A stretch of DNA of 64,000 bases from an uncultured Verrucomicrobiae bacterium (GTDB taxonomy: Bacteria; Verrucomicrobiota; Verrucomicrobiia; Chthoniobacterales; JAATET01): assembly GCA_963719495.1 (NCBI GenBank), contig CAVRCI010000009.1, positions 32,001 through 96,000 on the forward strand, read 5' to 3'. Of this stretch, positions 28,047 through 38,019 are shown piece after piece (position 1 is the first letter of the stretch; each line of letters starts with the position of its first letter). The position numbers and the translations under genes were made by a program. The notes under the pieces are model-generated. The model made no database searches. It worked only from the letters and a program-made list of their open reading frames with translations, and had not been told where the DNA came from.

Positions 28047-29072
28047 TTATTCGGTCACGGCGTTCGCTTCCGGGCTGAGCGAATCCGCTGCTTGAGTCGG
28101 TTCCGCCGGAGCCTCCCCGCTCACCCAACGATCGATCAGGGGCAGCGAGAACGCGAGCATGCAGCTCACCGCCAAGCCGATGATCGCCTTGATCGCGTCT
28201 CGGCCACAGGAGGCGTAGGCTTTCTTCATCTTCCGGTGCTTCAACCCATACGTCAGCGCAAACTCCCGTCCCGCCAGCAGCCCGAGGAACACCCACGTCG
28301 TGCTCATCGGAATCGCGCTCATTTCCTTGAAGACAAACAGAATGATGCCGTATTGAAAATCGATGATCGTCGCCGACCGGATGTCCCCGACGTTCGTCTT
28401 CGAGCTCACGATCTTTTGAATGGCCCCGCCTCGCTTGTAGAAGATCCAAGCGTGCAGGACATACATTACCAGCAGGGAGGCAATGAACTCGGCGACCCCT
28501 AACCGCCGCGGCAGAAACACGAAGATGTTCGCCAGGTCCTGGATCAACCACTGACTCCACAGAAAACCGGTGGCGCACCATTGCAGGACGGTCCAGTAGC
28601 CGGCAGCCGGTTGATCCGCGGTCTGCAGAAACCGCCGCTCCAGCCTCACGATCACAAACCGGGCGATCAGAAACGCAGCTAAAAACGCCACCCCGTAACC
28701 CGAGATGCTCTTCATGAGCATTGCCTCGAGGTTGGCGGGCGCAAACACCGTCAGCACCAAAAACGTCGTGCTCACCGGCACTCCGAATCGGGTGAGGATT
28801 AAGATGAACAACGGCGGGATGACCTGCACCCACGTGATCCCACCCTCCGGGAGCGGAAATTTCGCCAGACGCCCGAACGACACGTCTCCGTCCCCCGTGA
28901 CCCACCCGTAGATAAAGACCGCCGTGAGAATCCCGCACGCAAAGAGCCAAAGCACCCACCACGGGCGCTTCGCGTTCGACGAGAGGAAAGTGCCGAGCGT
29001 TTGGATCGCGTCGTTCGCAACGATCGAGTAGGCCGCCAGCAGGAAGCCGATGATCATGAAACTCTCGGTCAT
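28047..29072 (-). CDS. Integral membrane protein, divergent PiT (inorganic phosphate transporter)-like
   Basis: Two internal repeats with PiT-like motifs: 'VANDAIQ'/'QDLAN' and 'GVPVSTT'/'IPMSTT'. About 9-10 hydrophobic segments. Confidence 0.65.
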   Translation of the reverse strand: MTESFMIIGFLLAAYSIVANDAIQTLGTFLSSNAKRPWWVLWLFACGILTAVFIYGWVTGDGDVSFGRLAKFPLPEGGITWVQVIPPLFILILTRFGVPVSTTFLVLTVFAPANLEAMLMKSISGYGVAFLAAFLIARFVIVRLERRFLQTADQPAAGYWTVLQWCATGFLWSQWLIQDLANIFVFLPRRLGVAEFIASLLVMYVLHAWIFYKRGGAIQKIVSSKTNVGDIRSATIIDFQYGIILFVFKEMSAIPMSTTWVFLGLLAGREFALTYGLKHRKMKKAYASCGRDAIKAIIGLAVSCMLAFSLPLIDRWVSGEAPAEPTQAADSLSPEANAVTE

Positions 29073-29206
29073 GGAAAATCGGGGAGATTCCCCGGGGGCG
29101 CGAGGCGTGACAGGCCCGTCCAAGGAGGTCAAATCGCGAAGCGGATTGTGACGAAATCGTCACCTTTCGACGGCGAGACCGCCGCCGGACACCACGGGCC
29201 CGGCGA

Positions 29207-29977
29207 TCACAAAATCGTGCCCTTCAGAATCGCGATCGCGATCGAGAAGTAGATGATCAAGCCGCCCACGTCGGCCAGCGTTGCGACGAACGGAGCCGAC
29301 GACGTCGCCGGGTCCGTCCGGCAGGCGCGCAGCAGGAGCGGCAGGATACTTCCCAGTAGCGATCCGCACAGCACGACCGCGACCGTGCTCAGGCCAATCG
29401 TCCAGGCGATGCCCCACCAGTAGTCGCCGTAACCCCGATTGATCACCGCGATTCGCGCGAAGGCGACGCAGCCCAGCACCAGACCGAGGATGGCCCCGAC
29501 GACCAACTCCCGCCCCACGACCCGCCACCAATCCAAGAGCCGCACCTCGCCCATCGCCATCGCCCGGATGAGCAACGTCGACGCCTGGGACCCGGCGTTT
29601 CCTCCGCTCGAAATGATCATGGGAATGAAAAGCGCCAGCACCAGCGCCCGCTCGAGCTGTTCGTCGAAGTAATCCAGCACGGTGGCCGTGAACATTTGAC
29701 CAATCATCAGAACGACGAGCCACCCCAGCCGCCGCCCCACCACCTGCCGATACGGCATCACGAGGAAGGCCTCCCGAGGATTTCCCGCCGGGCATTCGCA
29801 CTCGGCGAGCGCGCGCAGCACCCGCGACCGGGCCGGCTCGTCGATCTCCAGAACGTTCGCGGCAGCGTCGATCGCGGAGACTTCCGCCAACTGCGTGGCG
29901 GCACCCTCCCAATCCTCATTTTTGACGGCCGCTCGGAACGCTTTCGCGTCACGGGCCTTGATTGTTTCCGCTTTCAT
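29207..29977 (-). CDS. mgtE: MgtE magnesium transporter with most of the cytosolic N/CBS region deleted (possible pseudogene)
   Basis: Membrane domain 'RRLGWLVVL', 'FIPMIISSGGNAGSQ', 'DPATSSAPFVATLADV'. Only about 70 aa precede it. Confidence 0.8.
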   Translation of the reverse strand: MKAETIKARDAKAFRAAVKNEDWEGAATQLAEVSAIDAAANVLEIDEPARSRVLRALAECECPAGNPREAFLVMPYRQVVGRRLGWLVVLMIGQMFTATVLDYFDEQLERALVLALFIPMIISSGGNAGSQASTLLIRAMAMGEVRLLDWWRVVGRELVVGAILGLVLGCVAFARIAVINRGYGDYWWGIAWTIGLSTVAVVLCGSLLGSILPLLLRACRTDPATSSAPFVATLADVGGLIIYFSIAIAILKGTIL

Positions 29978-30159
29978 TGCCTCGAGACAGGATTCCGATC
30001 TTCTCACCTGCACGCCGCGACCCGGATCGGCAAGCATTCTCGGTCTCGCCGGGTAGGATCCGACTTCAGCCAACCCGGCCAAAGGCGAAGGGGTCGGTCT
30101 GTGCATTGCGAAGGGGTCGCGAAGGTCGGTCCGTGCATTGGTTCAGCGATCAGACGATC

Positions 30160-30930
30160 ATGACACCCAAAAATATCGTCTTGATCCACGCCATGTTTCA
30201 AAACTCGCTGAGCGGGATCGCATGGGTTCACTTTGTCGAGGCGCGCGGGTATTCCTGCACGGTCCCGGATTGGCCGCTTCACGCGGGTGAGCCGAAGGCG
30301 TTGCGCGCGAAGCCGTCGGAGGAACTCGGCGATTCGTCGCTCGACGAAATCCTCGTCGTCATGGACGCCGTCGTGCGAGCCCAGCCGGAGCCACCAATCC
30401 TCGTCGGGCATTCCGTCGACGGTCCGATCGTGCAAATCCTCGCCGCCCGCGGCATCGGGTCGATGGTGGTGTTGATCGATGGGGGCACCCCTTATGGAAT
30501 GATGACACTCGACTGGGAGTTCCTCAAAAACAGCGCACTCATCGGCAATTCGCTCAAGGGCAACGAGCCGTTCTTCACGGATTTCGACTTGTTCAAAGCG
30601 GGGTTCTGTAACGCGATGACGGAGGCGGAAGCGTAATCGGCGTTCGACCGAACGGCGACTCAAGACAGCCGGAACGTGCTGCACGACCGCATGGGCGACA
30701 GTGGCAAGGTCGACGTCGACAAGCCCGGCGTGCCGCTTCTCCACTCGGCGGGAGCGAGGACGCAATCACTCCCGCGGCGTTGAGCAAGAAGGGGGGCGAA
30801 GCCCTATGCCGACGAGGATCGGGTGTCGGATTTCAATGAATTCGATGACCGGTGTCACTCCATCTGCGGTCAGCCGGACTGGGAGGAAGTCGCGACCTAC
30901 CTCGCGGATTGGATCGAGCGTCAAGGCACC
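30160..30930 (+). pseudogene. Alpha/beta hydrolase pseudogene
   Basis: 'IVLIHAMF', 'PDWPLH', 'ILVGHSVDG'. In-frame TAA at 30634-30636, then further frameshifts before the family-like tail 'HSICGQPDWEEVATYLADWI'. Confidence 0.8.
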
Positions 30931-30989
30931 GGGCCGCTGCGACGGGCGCGCCGACCACCGGGCGTCCGAGGAGGGGCGGGGCGGGACTG

Positions 30990-32777
30990 CTAAAATTTCC
31001 AGAAGATCGGTATCAACCATGTCGCCATGCCCCAGAGCATGAGGTTGAGCGGGATGCCGACCTTCGGGAAGTCCGAGAATTTGTAGCCGCCCGCGCCGAA
31101 GACGTAGGTGTTCGTCTGGTAGCCGATCGGGGAGCAGAAGCTGGCGCTCGCGCCAAACATGACCGCCACGATGAACGGGCGGGCGTCGACGTCCATGCTG
31201 GCGGCGATGCCGATCACGATCGGCGTCATGAGGATGGCGACGGCGTTGTTCGTCACGAGCTCCGTCAGGATGGAGGCCATGAGATAGATCGCAGCGAGGA
31301 CCACCACGGGGCCGAAGCCCGACAGTCCGGTCGCGACGGTCTCGGCGATCAATTTCGCCCCGCCCGTCGTCTCCATCGCCTTGCCGAGGCCGAGCATTCC
31401 CACGATCAGGAAGAGAATCTTCCACTCGACCGAGGCGTAGGCCTCCCGCGGGTCGAGGCATCCGGCGAAGACAACGATCACCGCCGCCGCGAGTGCCGCC
31501 GAGACGATCGGGATGATTTCGAAGGCCGACAACGCCATCACCAGAATGATCGCGATGATCGCGATCGGGGCCTTCTTCCGGCGAAACGGCTTCTCGGTCG
31601 TCTCGTTCAGGCTCAGGAAATCGTCCTCCTCGCGCAGACGAGCAATGTTCTCGGTCGGTCCTTCGAAGATGACCGTGTCGCCGAAAGCCATCGGGATGTC
31701 CTGAAAATTCTCGAACAAGTTCTGCCCCCGCCGGTGCAACGCCGCCGCCGCCACGCCGTAACGGCGCCGCAACTTCATCGCGCGGATCGTCTGCCCGATG
31801 AACCGCGAGTCCGGCCCAATGATCGCCTCCACGAGCTGCAGCGACCGCGACGCCGTCCCGACCTCCGGCTCGTTGTCATCGTCGAACGCCAGCCCCTGCG
31901 TCTCCTGAATCGCCGCGATCCCGCGGGCGTGCGCCTTGAAGACGAGCACGTCCCCCGCCTCCACGACAAGCCGGTCGATCGCGACGTCCGACACCCGCCG
32001 CCCGCCGCGGAAGACTTCGAAGACCCGCGTCGTCTGGCTTTTGCCAATCTCCGTCGCCGCGATTTCCTTTCCGATCATCGGCGAGCCCGTCTTCACTACC
32101 GCCTGACTGCAGAAGCTGCGCGTGTCCTCGCTTGAAAGTAGCGACGACAGCGTCTGCCGATCCGGCAGAATCCGCCGACCGACCGTGAGCATATAAGTAA
32201 CGCCGATGATCGAATACACCGCGCCCATTTTCGTGATCTCGAAGATGGAAAATTTCGGCTGCCCCATCTCGTGCGCCACGCCCGAGACCAGAATGTTCGT
32301 CGACGTGCCGATGAGCGTCATGGTTCCCCCCAGGATCGCGAAGGTCGAAAGCGGCATCAACAATTTGGAAGAAATGACCCCCGAACTCCGCGAAAACGCC
32401 AGCAGCACCGGCAGGAAAACCACCACGACCGGCGTGTTGTTCACGCACGCCGACAGCGGAACCACGACGACCGCCATCAACACCAGCGCCCGGATCTCGC
32501 TCTTCCCGGCCAACCGGGTAAAGGCCCGCGCGAGCGAATCGATCGCCCCCGTCCGCTCCAGCGCCGCGCTGAGCACGAACATCGCGCCGATCGTGATCGG
32601 CGCGCTGTTGCTGAACAAATTGAGCACGTCCTTCTCGTTCAGGACGCCGAGCGCGATCACCGCGACCAGCGCCCCCAACGCCACCAGATCCGGCGTGACC
32701 CACTCCTTCACGAAGGCCATCAGCACCACACCCGTCACGGCGAAGACGGCCAGCATTTGAAAAGTATCGAGCGACAT
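30990..32777 (-). CDS. SLC13/CitMHS family permease with two TrkA-C domains
   Basis: 'SACVNNTPVV', 'GGTMTLIGTSTN', 'TELVTNNA', 'PIGYQTN...GGYKFSDF'. Confidence 0.93.
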   Translation of the reverse strand: MSLDTFQMLAVFAVTGVVLMAFVKEWVTPDLVALGALVAVIALGVLNEKDVLNLFSNSAPITIGAMFVLSAALERTGAIDSLARAFTRLAGKSEIRALVLMAVVVVPLSACVNNTPVVVVFLPVLLAFSRSSGVISSKLLMPLSTFAILGGTMTLIGTSTNILVSGVAHEMGQPKFSIFEITKMGAVYSIIGVTYMLTVGRRILPDRQTLSSLLSSEDTRSFCSQAVVKTGSPMIGKEIAATEIGKSQTTRVFEVFRGGRRVSDVAIDRLVVEAGDVLVFKAHARGIAAIQETQGLAFDDDNEPEVGTASRSLQLVEAIIGPDSRFIGQTIRAMKLRRRYGVAAAALHRRGQNLFENFQDIPMAFGDTVIFEGPTENIARLREEDDFLSLNETTEKPFRRKKAPIAIIAIILVMALSAFEIIPIVSAALAAAVIVVFAGCLDPREAYASVEWKILFLIVGMLGLGKAMETTGGAKLIAETVATGLSGFGPVVVLAAIYLMASILTELVTNNAVAILMTPIVIGIAASMDVDARPFIVAVMFGASASFCSPIGYQTNTYVFGAGGYKFSDFPKVGIPLNLMLWGMATWLIPIFWKF

Positions 32778-32931
32778 GATGCGAGTCCCCGCAAAAAGCA
32801 TCCCCCCGACGGCGCTGTCGAGCGAGAAACGTCCCGCCTCGGTCCCGCCCGATCTGGGACCGCACCCGCCAGCTCTGAGGCTTAATATCAAATGCATTGC
32901 GATTGGCGGCACCGCCTATCAGCATTCGCGC

Positions 32932-34401
32932 ATGAAAGCCTTCCTTGCTCTCGCCCTCGTTGCCCTCGCGTCCAGCTTCACCGCCACCGCCCAGATCCCA
33001 ACCGGTGCCGCCGCCGACCTCGTCCTCGGTCAACCGGATTTCGAAACCAACGGGACCGCCCCAGTCAGCGACACCTCGCTGAACCGTCCGAGGGGGATCG
33101 CCATTGATCCGACCACGGGGAAACTTTTCATTGCCGACACCAACAACAATCGCGTGCTCCGCTATCCATCCATCTCTTCGCTGACGGATGGCACCGCGGC
33201 CGATATCGTCCTCGGGCAAACCAATTTCACCGACGTCGATCCAAACCGAGGGCTAGCAGCTCCGACTGCGAGCACGCTCGACGACCCCAAGGGTCTCGCC
33301 GTTGATGCCGCTGGCAGGCTCTGGGTCGTTGACGAAAACAACAACCGTGTTCTCATGTTCGAGAACGCCTCGGCTCTCACCTCGGGTGCGCCAGCGAGCA
33401 AAGTGCTCGGGCAATCCGACTTCATTTCATTTAACAACGGTTCTTCGGCATCCGGGATGCAGCTCCCAAATAGCCTCCACGTTGATCCAGCCGGGAACCT
33501 CTGGGTCTGCAGTGGGTCAGGAGCCGCCCGAGTAGTCCGCTTCGCAGACGCCGCCAACAAAATGAACGGAGCCGATGCCGATCAAGTCATTGGGCAAGTG
33601 GCCTTCGGCGCGGTTGGCAGCGGACTCGCCGCTGACAAATTTGACAATCCCCAGGGCGTTTTCGTCGACGCGGTCGGCACGCTTTGGGTCGCCGATCATG
33701 CGAACCACCGGGTTGTTGGATTCTCCAATGCCGCCTCACTTGGCAACGGTCCCGACGCCGACCGCGTCTTCGGCCAGCCCGACTTCGTCAGCAACGCGCA
33801 GAACACGACGGCCGACGGGATGGATTCTCCCGTTTCCGTATCGGTCGACCCGTTCGGTGCGCTCTGGGTCATCGAACGCTTGAATAACCGGATGGTCCGA
33901 TTCGACGAAATCTCAACGAAAGCCAACGGAGCCAACGCAGACGGCGTCATCGGGCAAGTCGATTTTGTGTCATCCACCAGCGGTCTTTCGGCCACCAAAC
34001 TTAGTAGCCAATTCACGTCCTCCCTGACCTTCGACGGCTTTGGCAATCTCTGGACGACCGACAATAGCAACAATCGCGCTCTCCGCTTCACCCGCCCACC
34101 AACGCCAGCCGCTCCCCCCGACACGACCCGCCCCGCGATCCGCCTCCGCGGGCGCAAGTCCATCGAGACTCTCCGCAAGCGCGTTGTCGTCCGCGGAACC
34201 GCCACCGACGCCGGCGGCATTTCGGAGATTGACGTCAAGACGCGGCGCGGTGCCGAACTCAAGAAACTGCGGGGAACCATCCGCTGGAAAGCCGTCTTCC
34301 GCGTCACCAAGGACCGCGGACGCGTCGTCGTGAAGTTCCGCGCCGTCGACGCGGCGGGTAATCGCTCCAAAGTCTCCCGCTTCCGCATTCTTCGGCGGTA
34401 G
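32932..34401 (+). CDS. Secreted NHL-repeat (beta-propeller) protein with basic Ig-like C-terminal domain
   Basis: Signal peptide 'MKAFLALALVALASSFTATA', repeated 'ADxVLGQ.DF...P.G..VD..G.LWV.D..N.RV', Pro linker, about 95-aa K/R-rich tail. Confidence 0.9.
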   Translation: MKAFLALALVALASSFTATAQIPTGAAADLVLGQPDFETNGTAPVSDTSLNRPRGIAIDPTTGKLFIADTNNNRVLRYPSISSLTDGTAADIVLGQTNFTDVDPNRGLAAPTASTLDDPKGLAVDAAGRLWVVDENNNRVLMFENASALTSGAPASKVLGQSDFISFNNGSSASGMQLPNSLHVDPAGNLWVCSGSGAARVVRFADAANKMNGADADQVIGQVAFGAVGSGLAADKFDNPQGVFVDAVGTLWVADHANHRVVGFSNAASLGNGPDADRVFGQPDFVSNAQNTTADGMDSPVSVSVDPFGALWVIERLNNRMVRFDEISTKANGANADGVIGQVDFVSSTSGLSATKLSSQFTSSLTFDGFGNLWTTDNSNNRALRFTRPPTPAAPPDTTRPAIRLRGRKSIETLRKRVVVRGTATDAGGISEIDVKTRRGAELKKLRGTIRWKAVFRVTKDRGRVVVKFRAVDAAGNRSKVSRFRILRR

Positions 34402-34455
34402 CGGCGAGCCTCCATTTGTCATTCCGCATCTCACATTTCTCAATAGAAGAGACCG

Positions 34456-35859
34456 ATGCTGAATTACATCTGGCTCGGTCTCATCCTCGCGGGCGTCCTT
34501 CTCGGCGCGCTCACCGGGCGGATCGCCGACGTCACGCAGGCGGCGTTCGACTCGACGGAGCTCGCCGTGATGAAGATCGCGCTGCCACTCATCGGCATCA
34601 TGGCCTTCTGGCTCGGCATTATGCGGCTCGCCGAAAAGTCCGGCCTCGTCGCGATCCTCGCGCGCCTCCTCCGACCGGTCCTCACCCGTATTTTCCCCGA
34701 CGTCCCCGCCAGCCACCCCGCGATGGGCAGCATGCTCATGAACATCGCCGCGAACATGCTCGGCCTCGCGAACGCCGCGACGCCCCTCGGCCTCCGCGCC
34801 ATGCAGGATCTCGAGAAGCTCAATCCCCGCCCCGGCACCGCGACCAACGCGATGGTCACCTTCCTCGCGATCAACACCAGCTCCGTGCAGCTCATCCCCG
34901 CCACGACGGTCGCCTACCTCGTCGCCGCCGGATCGCTCAACGCCACCGCCATCATCGGCCCGGCCTTCGTCGCCACCCTCTGCTCCACCATCGTCGGCAT
35001 CACCGCCGCCAAATTCCTGGAAAAACTCCCCACCTACCGCCTCCCCCCGATCCCGGAACCGCCCGAACCACCGAAAAGCGCCGCCGAGCAACCCACCAAT
35101 CACCAGTCACCGGTCACCAATCACGAAACCGAAAAAGCCCCTCCCCCCTTCACCCGCTGGGCCCTCCCCGCCCTCGCCGCGCTTGCGCTCGCCTTCGCGA
35201 CGATCTTCGCGCTCATGGTCTTCACGCCCGAGACGTTCGCCGCCATCGCGAACAACACTCGCGCCGCCCTCGGCCTGGCGGGCGAACCCTTCGCGCTCCC
35301 GGATCGCTGGCTGGGCAATCCCCTCTACCTCCGCGCCATCGACACGATCTCGCTGCTCGCCATCCCGCTGGTGCTGACGTTTTTCCCGCTCTTCGCCGCC
35401 GCGCGCGCCATTCCGGTTTACGAAGAATTCGTCGAAGGCGCGAAGGAAGGCTTCCAGGTCGCGATCCGCATCATTCCATTCCTCGTCGCCATCCTCGTCG
35501 CCATCGGGATGTTCCGTGCCGCCAAGGGGATCGAGCTCATCGCCACCGGTCTCGGGTCGTTCTTCAGCGCCGTCGGATTCCCGGTCGAACTCCTCCCGCT
35601 CGTCCTGATGCGTCCGCTCAGCGGCGGCGGCGCGAGCGGGATCTTCAACGAACTCATCCGCGAGGTCGGACCTGATAGCCTGATCGCCCGGATGGCGTCC
35701 TGCATCATGGGCAGCACGGAGACGACTTTCTACGTGATCGCCGTTTACTTCGGCTCCGTCGCCGTCCGCCGCACGCGCCACGCCGTCCCGGCCGGTCTGC
35801 TCGCCGACGCGACCGGCGTGATCGCGTCGATCATCGTGTGCCGTTTGCTCTTCGCCTGA
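34456..35859 (+). CDS. Fused SpmA/SpmB-like nucleoside-recognition (Gate) domain membrane protein
   Basis: 'MLNYIW', 'ANMLGLANAATPLGLRAM', 'FVEGAKEGF', 'GSTETTFYVIAVYFGSV...RHAV'. Confidence 0.92.
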   Translation: MLNYIWLGLILAGVLLGALTGRIADVTQAAFDSTELAVMKIALPLIGIMAFWLGIMRLAEKSGLVAILARLLRPVLTRIFPDVPASHPAMGSMLMNIAANMLGLANAATPLGLRAMQDLEKLNPRPGTATNAMVTFLAINTSSVQLIPATTVAYLVAAGSLNATAIIGPAFVATLCSTIVGITAAKFLEKLPTYRLPPIPEPPEPPKSAAEQPTNHQSPVTNHETEKAPPPFTRWALPALAALALAFATIFALMVFTPETFAAIANNTRAALGLAGEPFALPDRWLGNPLYLRAIDTISLLAIPLVLTFFPLFAAARAIPVYEEFVEGAKEGFQVAIRIIPFLVAILVAIGMFRAAKGIELIATGLGSFFSAVGFPVELLPLVLMRPLSGGGASGIFNELIREVGPDSLIARMASCIMGSTETTFYVIAVYFGSVAVRRTRHAVPAGLLADATGVIASIIVCRLLFA

Positions 35860-35927
35860 GTTGGCTCCCGAACTTTTTGTTGCAACTCGCGGGACATTTC
35901 GGAGAGCTAGAATTCGACCTCCCGCCA

Positions 35928-36860
35928 ATGCCTTTGATCCCCCGCCAACTCTTCGCCGCCACGCTGGTCGTGCTCGCCGCGCTGTCGTCCATCCGCGCCG
36001 GCACGCTCGTGACCATCACCACGCCGGTCGGGACCATGACGCTCGAACTTTATGACGACACGAAGCCCACAACGGTCGCGAATTTTCTCAATTATCTCAA
36101 TAGCGATCGCTACGAAAACCTCTTTGCGCACCGGCTCGATCCCGGGTTTGTTCTGCAGTCCGGCGGATTCACGCTCGTAGGATCAATGCTCACACCGGTC
36201 TCGACCGATCCGCCGATCGCGAACGAATTTACCACCGACGCCCGCTTCAGTAACACGCTGGGAGCCATCGCAATGGCCAAGGTCGGCGGAAACCCTGACT
36301 CCGCCACCTCACAGTGGTTCCTCAACCTCGGCGACAACAGCTTCCTCGATTCGACGAACGGCGGGTTCACCGTCTTTGGACGGGTGGTCTCGGGAATCGA
36401 CGTTCTGCGCAAATTCAACACGGATTTCAATGACAGCACCAGCGGAGCGCAGGGAGTCTACAACAAGAGCGCGGAGTTGGGACCACCTTACGGCGAACTG
36501 CCGCTCCTCGCCGATGCGCTCCAAGTCGGCAACCTCATCTACACAACCGTCGCCATCGTGCCGCCACCACTCCCACCGCCGGGACCCGACGCCCGCCCGG
36601 TCGTAAAGATCAAAGGCTAGAAGACCGTAAAAACCAGCCGCTCCCGAATCGTTTTGAAGGGAACCGCCAGCGACGACAACAACGTCGCCAGAATCGAATA
36701 CAAGACCCCCGGGTCAAAATTCACAAAAGCCCGCGGCACCCGCCGCTGGAAGGTCCGCACCCTGCTCCTACCCGGTCGCAACGTCATCAGGATCCGAGCC
36801 GTCGACGCCGCCGGTCAGCGCTCGAAAGTCCAGCGAGTCAAGGTGATCCAGAAAGATTGA
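35928..36860 (+). CDS. Secreted cyclophilin-type peptidyl-prolyl isomerase; C-terminal domain cut by in-frame TAG at 36618-36620
   Basis: 'P.TVANFLNY', 'HRLDPGFVLQSGGF', 'GAIAMAK...SATSQWFLNL.DN.FLD', 'FTVFGRV'. The frame continues past the TAG to 36860. Confidence 0.88.
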
Positions 36861-36963
36861 TGCCAAGCGTCCCCTCGCGCTTCCAGCCGATAACCGACCC
36901 AAAGCGAAGCGCAAACTCCGGGAAGTTCACCGCTTCCAAGCGTGAAGGATTAGCCCGGAAAAA

Positions 36964-37389
36964 TCACCGGGGGGAATGGACGGCGACGGACGAGTTTCGC
37001 AAAATCGTGGTGGAAAACAGAATAAGACAAAAGCAGCGCCAGCGACCTGGCCACGGCCGCGGGCTCCCGCGTGGATGACGCGATCCACGCAACCCGGCTT
37101 CGCGGACGCAAGATTGGGGGTCGCCCGCATCACGGTAAGCGCGAAGCCCATAGGCTCGACGTCTCCGCTCTCCAAGAGCATTTGAAGCGCCTCGAGCGCT
37201 TTCCGCCTTCGGAACCGAGTAGTGGGTCTGGAAAGCTAAGCAGGCCTCGATGATGGCGATGTCCGCGACCCTGGGTCGATCCGCCCCGCGGAGGCAGCGC
37301 TCCAATTCCTCCCTCGCCTTGGCGGCTTGATCGGGAGGATCTTCCGTCACGAGCCGCACGATGAAGCTCGTATCGAGGGCGGACTTCAT
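36964..37389 (-). pseudogene. PIN-domain (VapC-like) toxin, frameshifted
   Basis: 'MKSALDTSFIVRLVTEDPPDQA...IIEA...HYSVPK', then a frameshift near 37200 to '...KPGCVDRVIH'. The 3' end is approximate. Confidence 0.75.
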
Positions 37390-37400
37390 CCCTCCGAGTC

Positions 37401-37656
37401 CTAGGCCAGGGCCCGCCCCGCGGAACCTTTGTGTTTCTCGCGGCTCCACGGTTCCTTCGCGCTTCGGGAACATTTCGCGAGAGAGCCGATCCACGAAGAG
37501 CGGCGTTTGACGGGAGGCTTCAGCACCCTGACCGTCTCGCTCTCGTGACGCAGAGGAAGCCATTCCATCGAATTCCCCCGACTGGACTCCCAGCGCCTCA
37601 CAAACCTCGATCGGAAAGGTCGCCTGGCGTTTTGCAGTGAGCTTGATGGTTGCCAT
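37401..37656 (-). pseudogene. AbrB/MazE-type antitoxin, frameshifted
   Basis: 'MATIKLTAKRQATFPIEVCEALGVQSG' is an AbrB fold start. The continuation 'EWLPL...VLKPP' is in another frame after the C5 run near 37575. Confidence 0.75.
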
Positions 37657-38019
37657 TGATCACATCGATCACCGACGCCTCACCTGTCAGCCGAAGGTAG
37701 GGCGCTCTCCACGGATGGCCACGTCGCCACCAGGCCCTCATTCGCACCAAGTCCCCGTTTCGACCGAGTTCCGTAAACTCCAACTCCCACCGCGCCGCAG
37801 CGGCTCGCGGGGACGCTCGCCCTCCCCGACCAGCGACTCCCTCACCATTCCCATCGATTCGCATCGATTCGCGTCCATTCGCGGTTCCATTTCTTCCGTT
37901 CCGACAAAATGCAACACCCGCAAAACCCACGGATGACGCGAATGAGGAACTCCGCTACCGTCTCCCACCTGACCTTTCTCCGCGCAGCGCGCGCCGATCT
38001 CCGACAAACCTCACCTTAC

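Noticed and set aside
27863..36620. Stop-codon reassignment (TGA at 27863, TAA at 30634, TAG at 36618 in frame)
   Set aside because: All three stop types interrupt genes, and TAG/TGA end core genes normally (rpoC, rpsB and ispF with TAG; smpB with TGA). Nonsense mutations are the simpler explanation.
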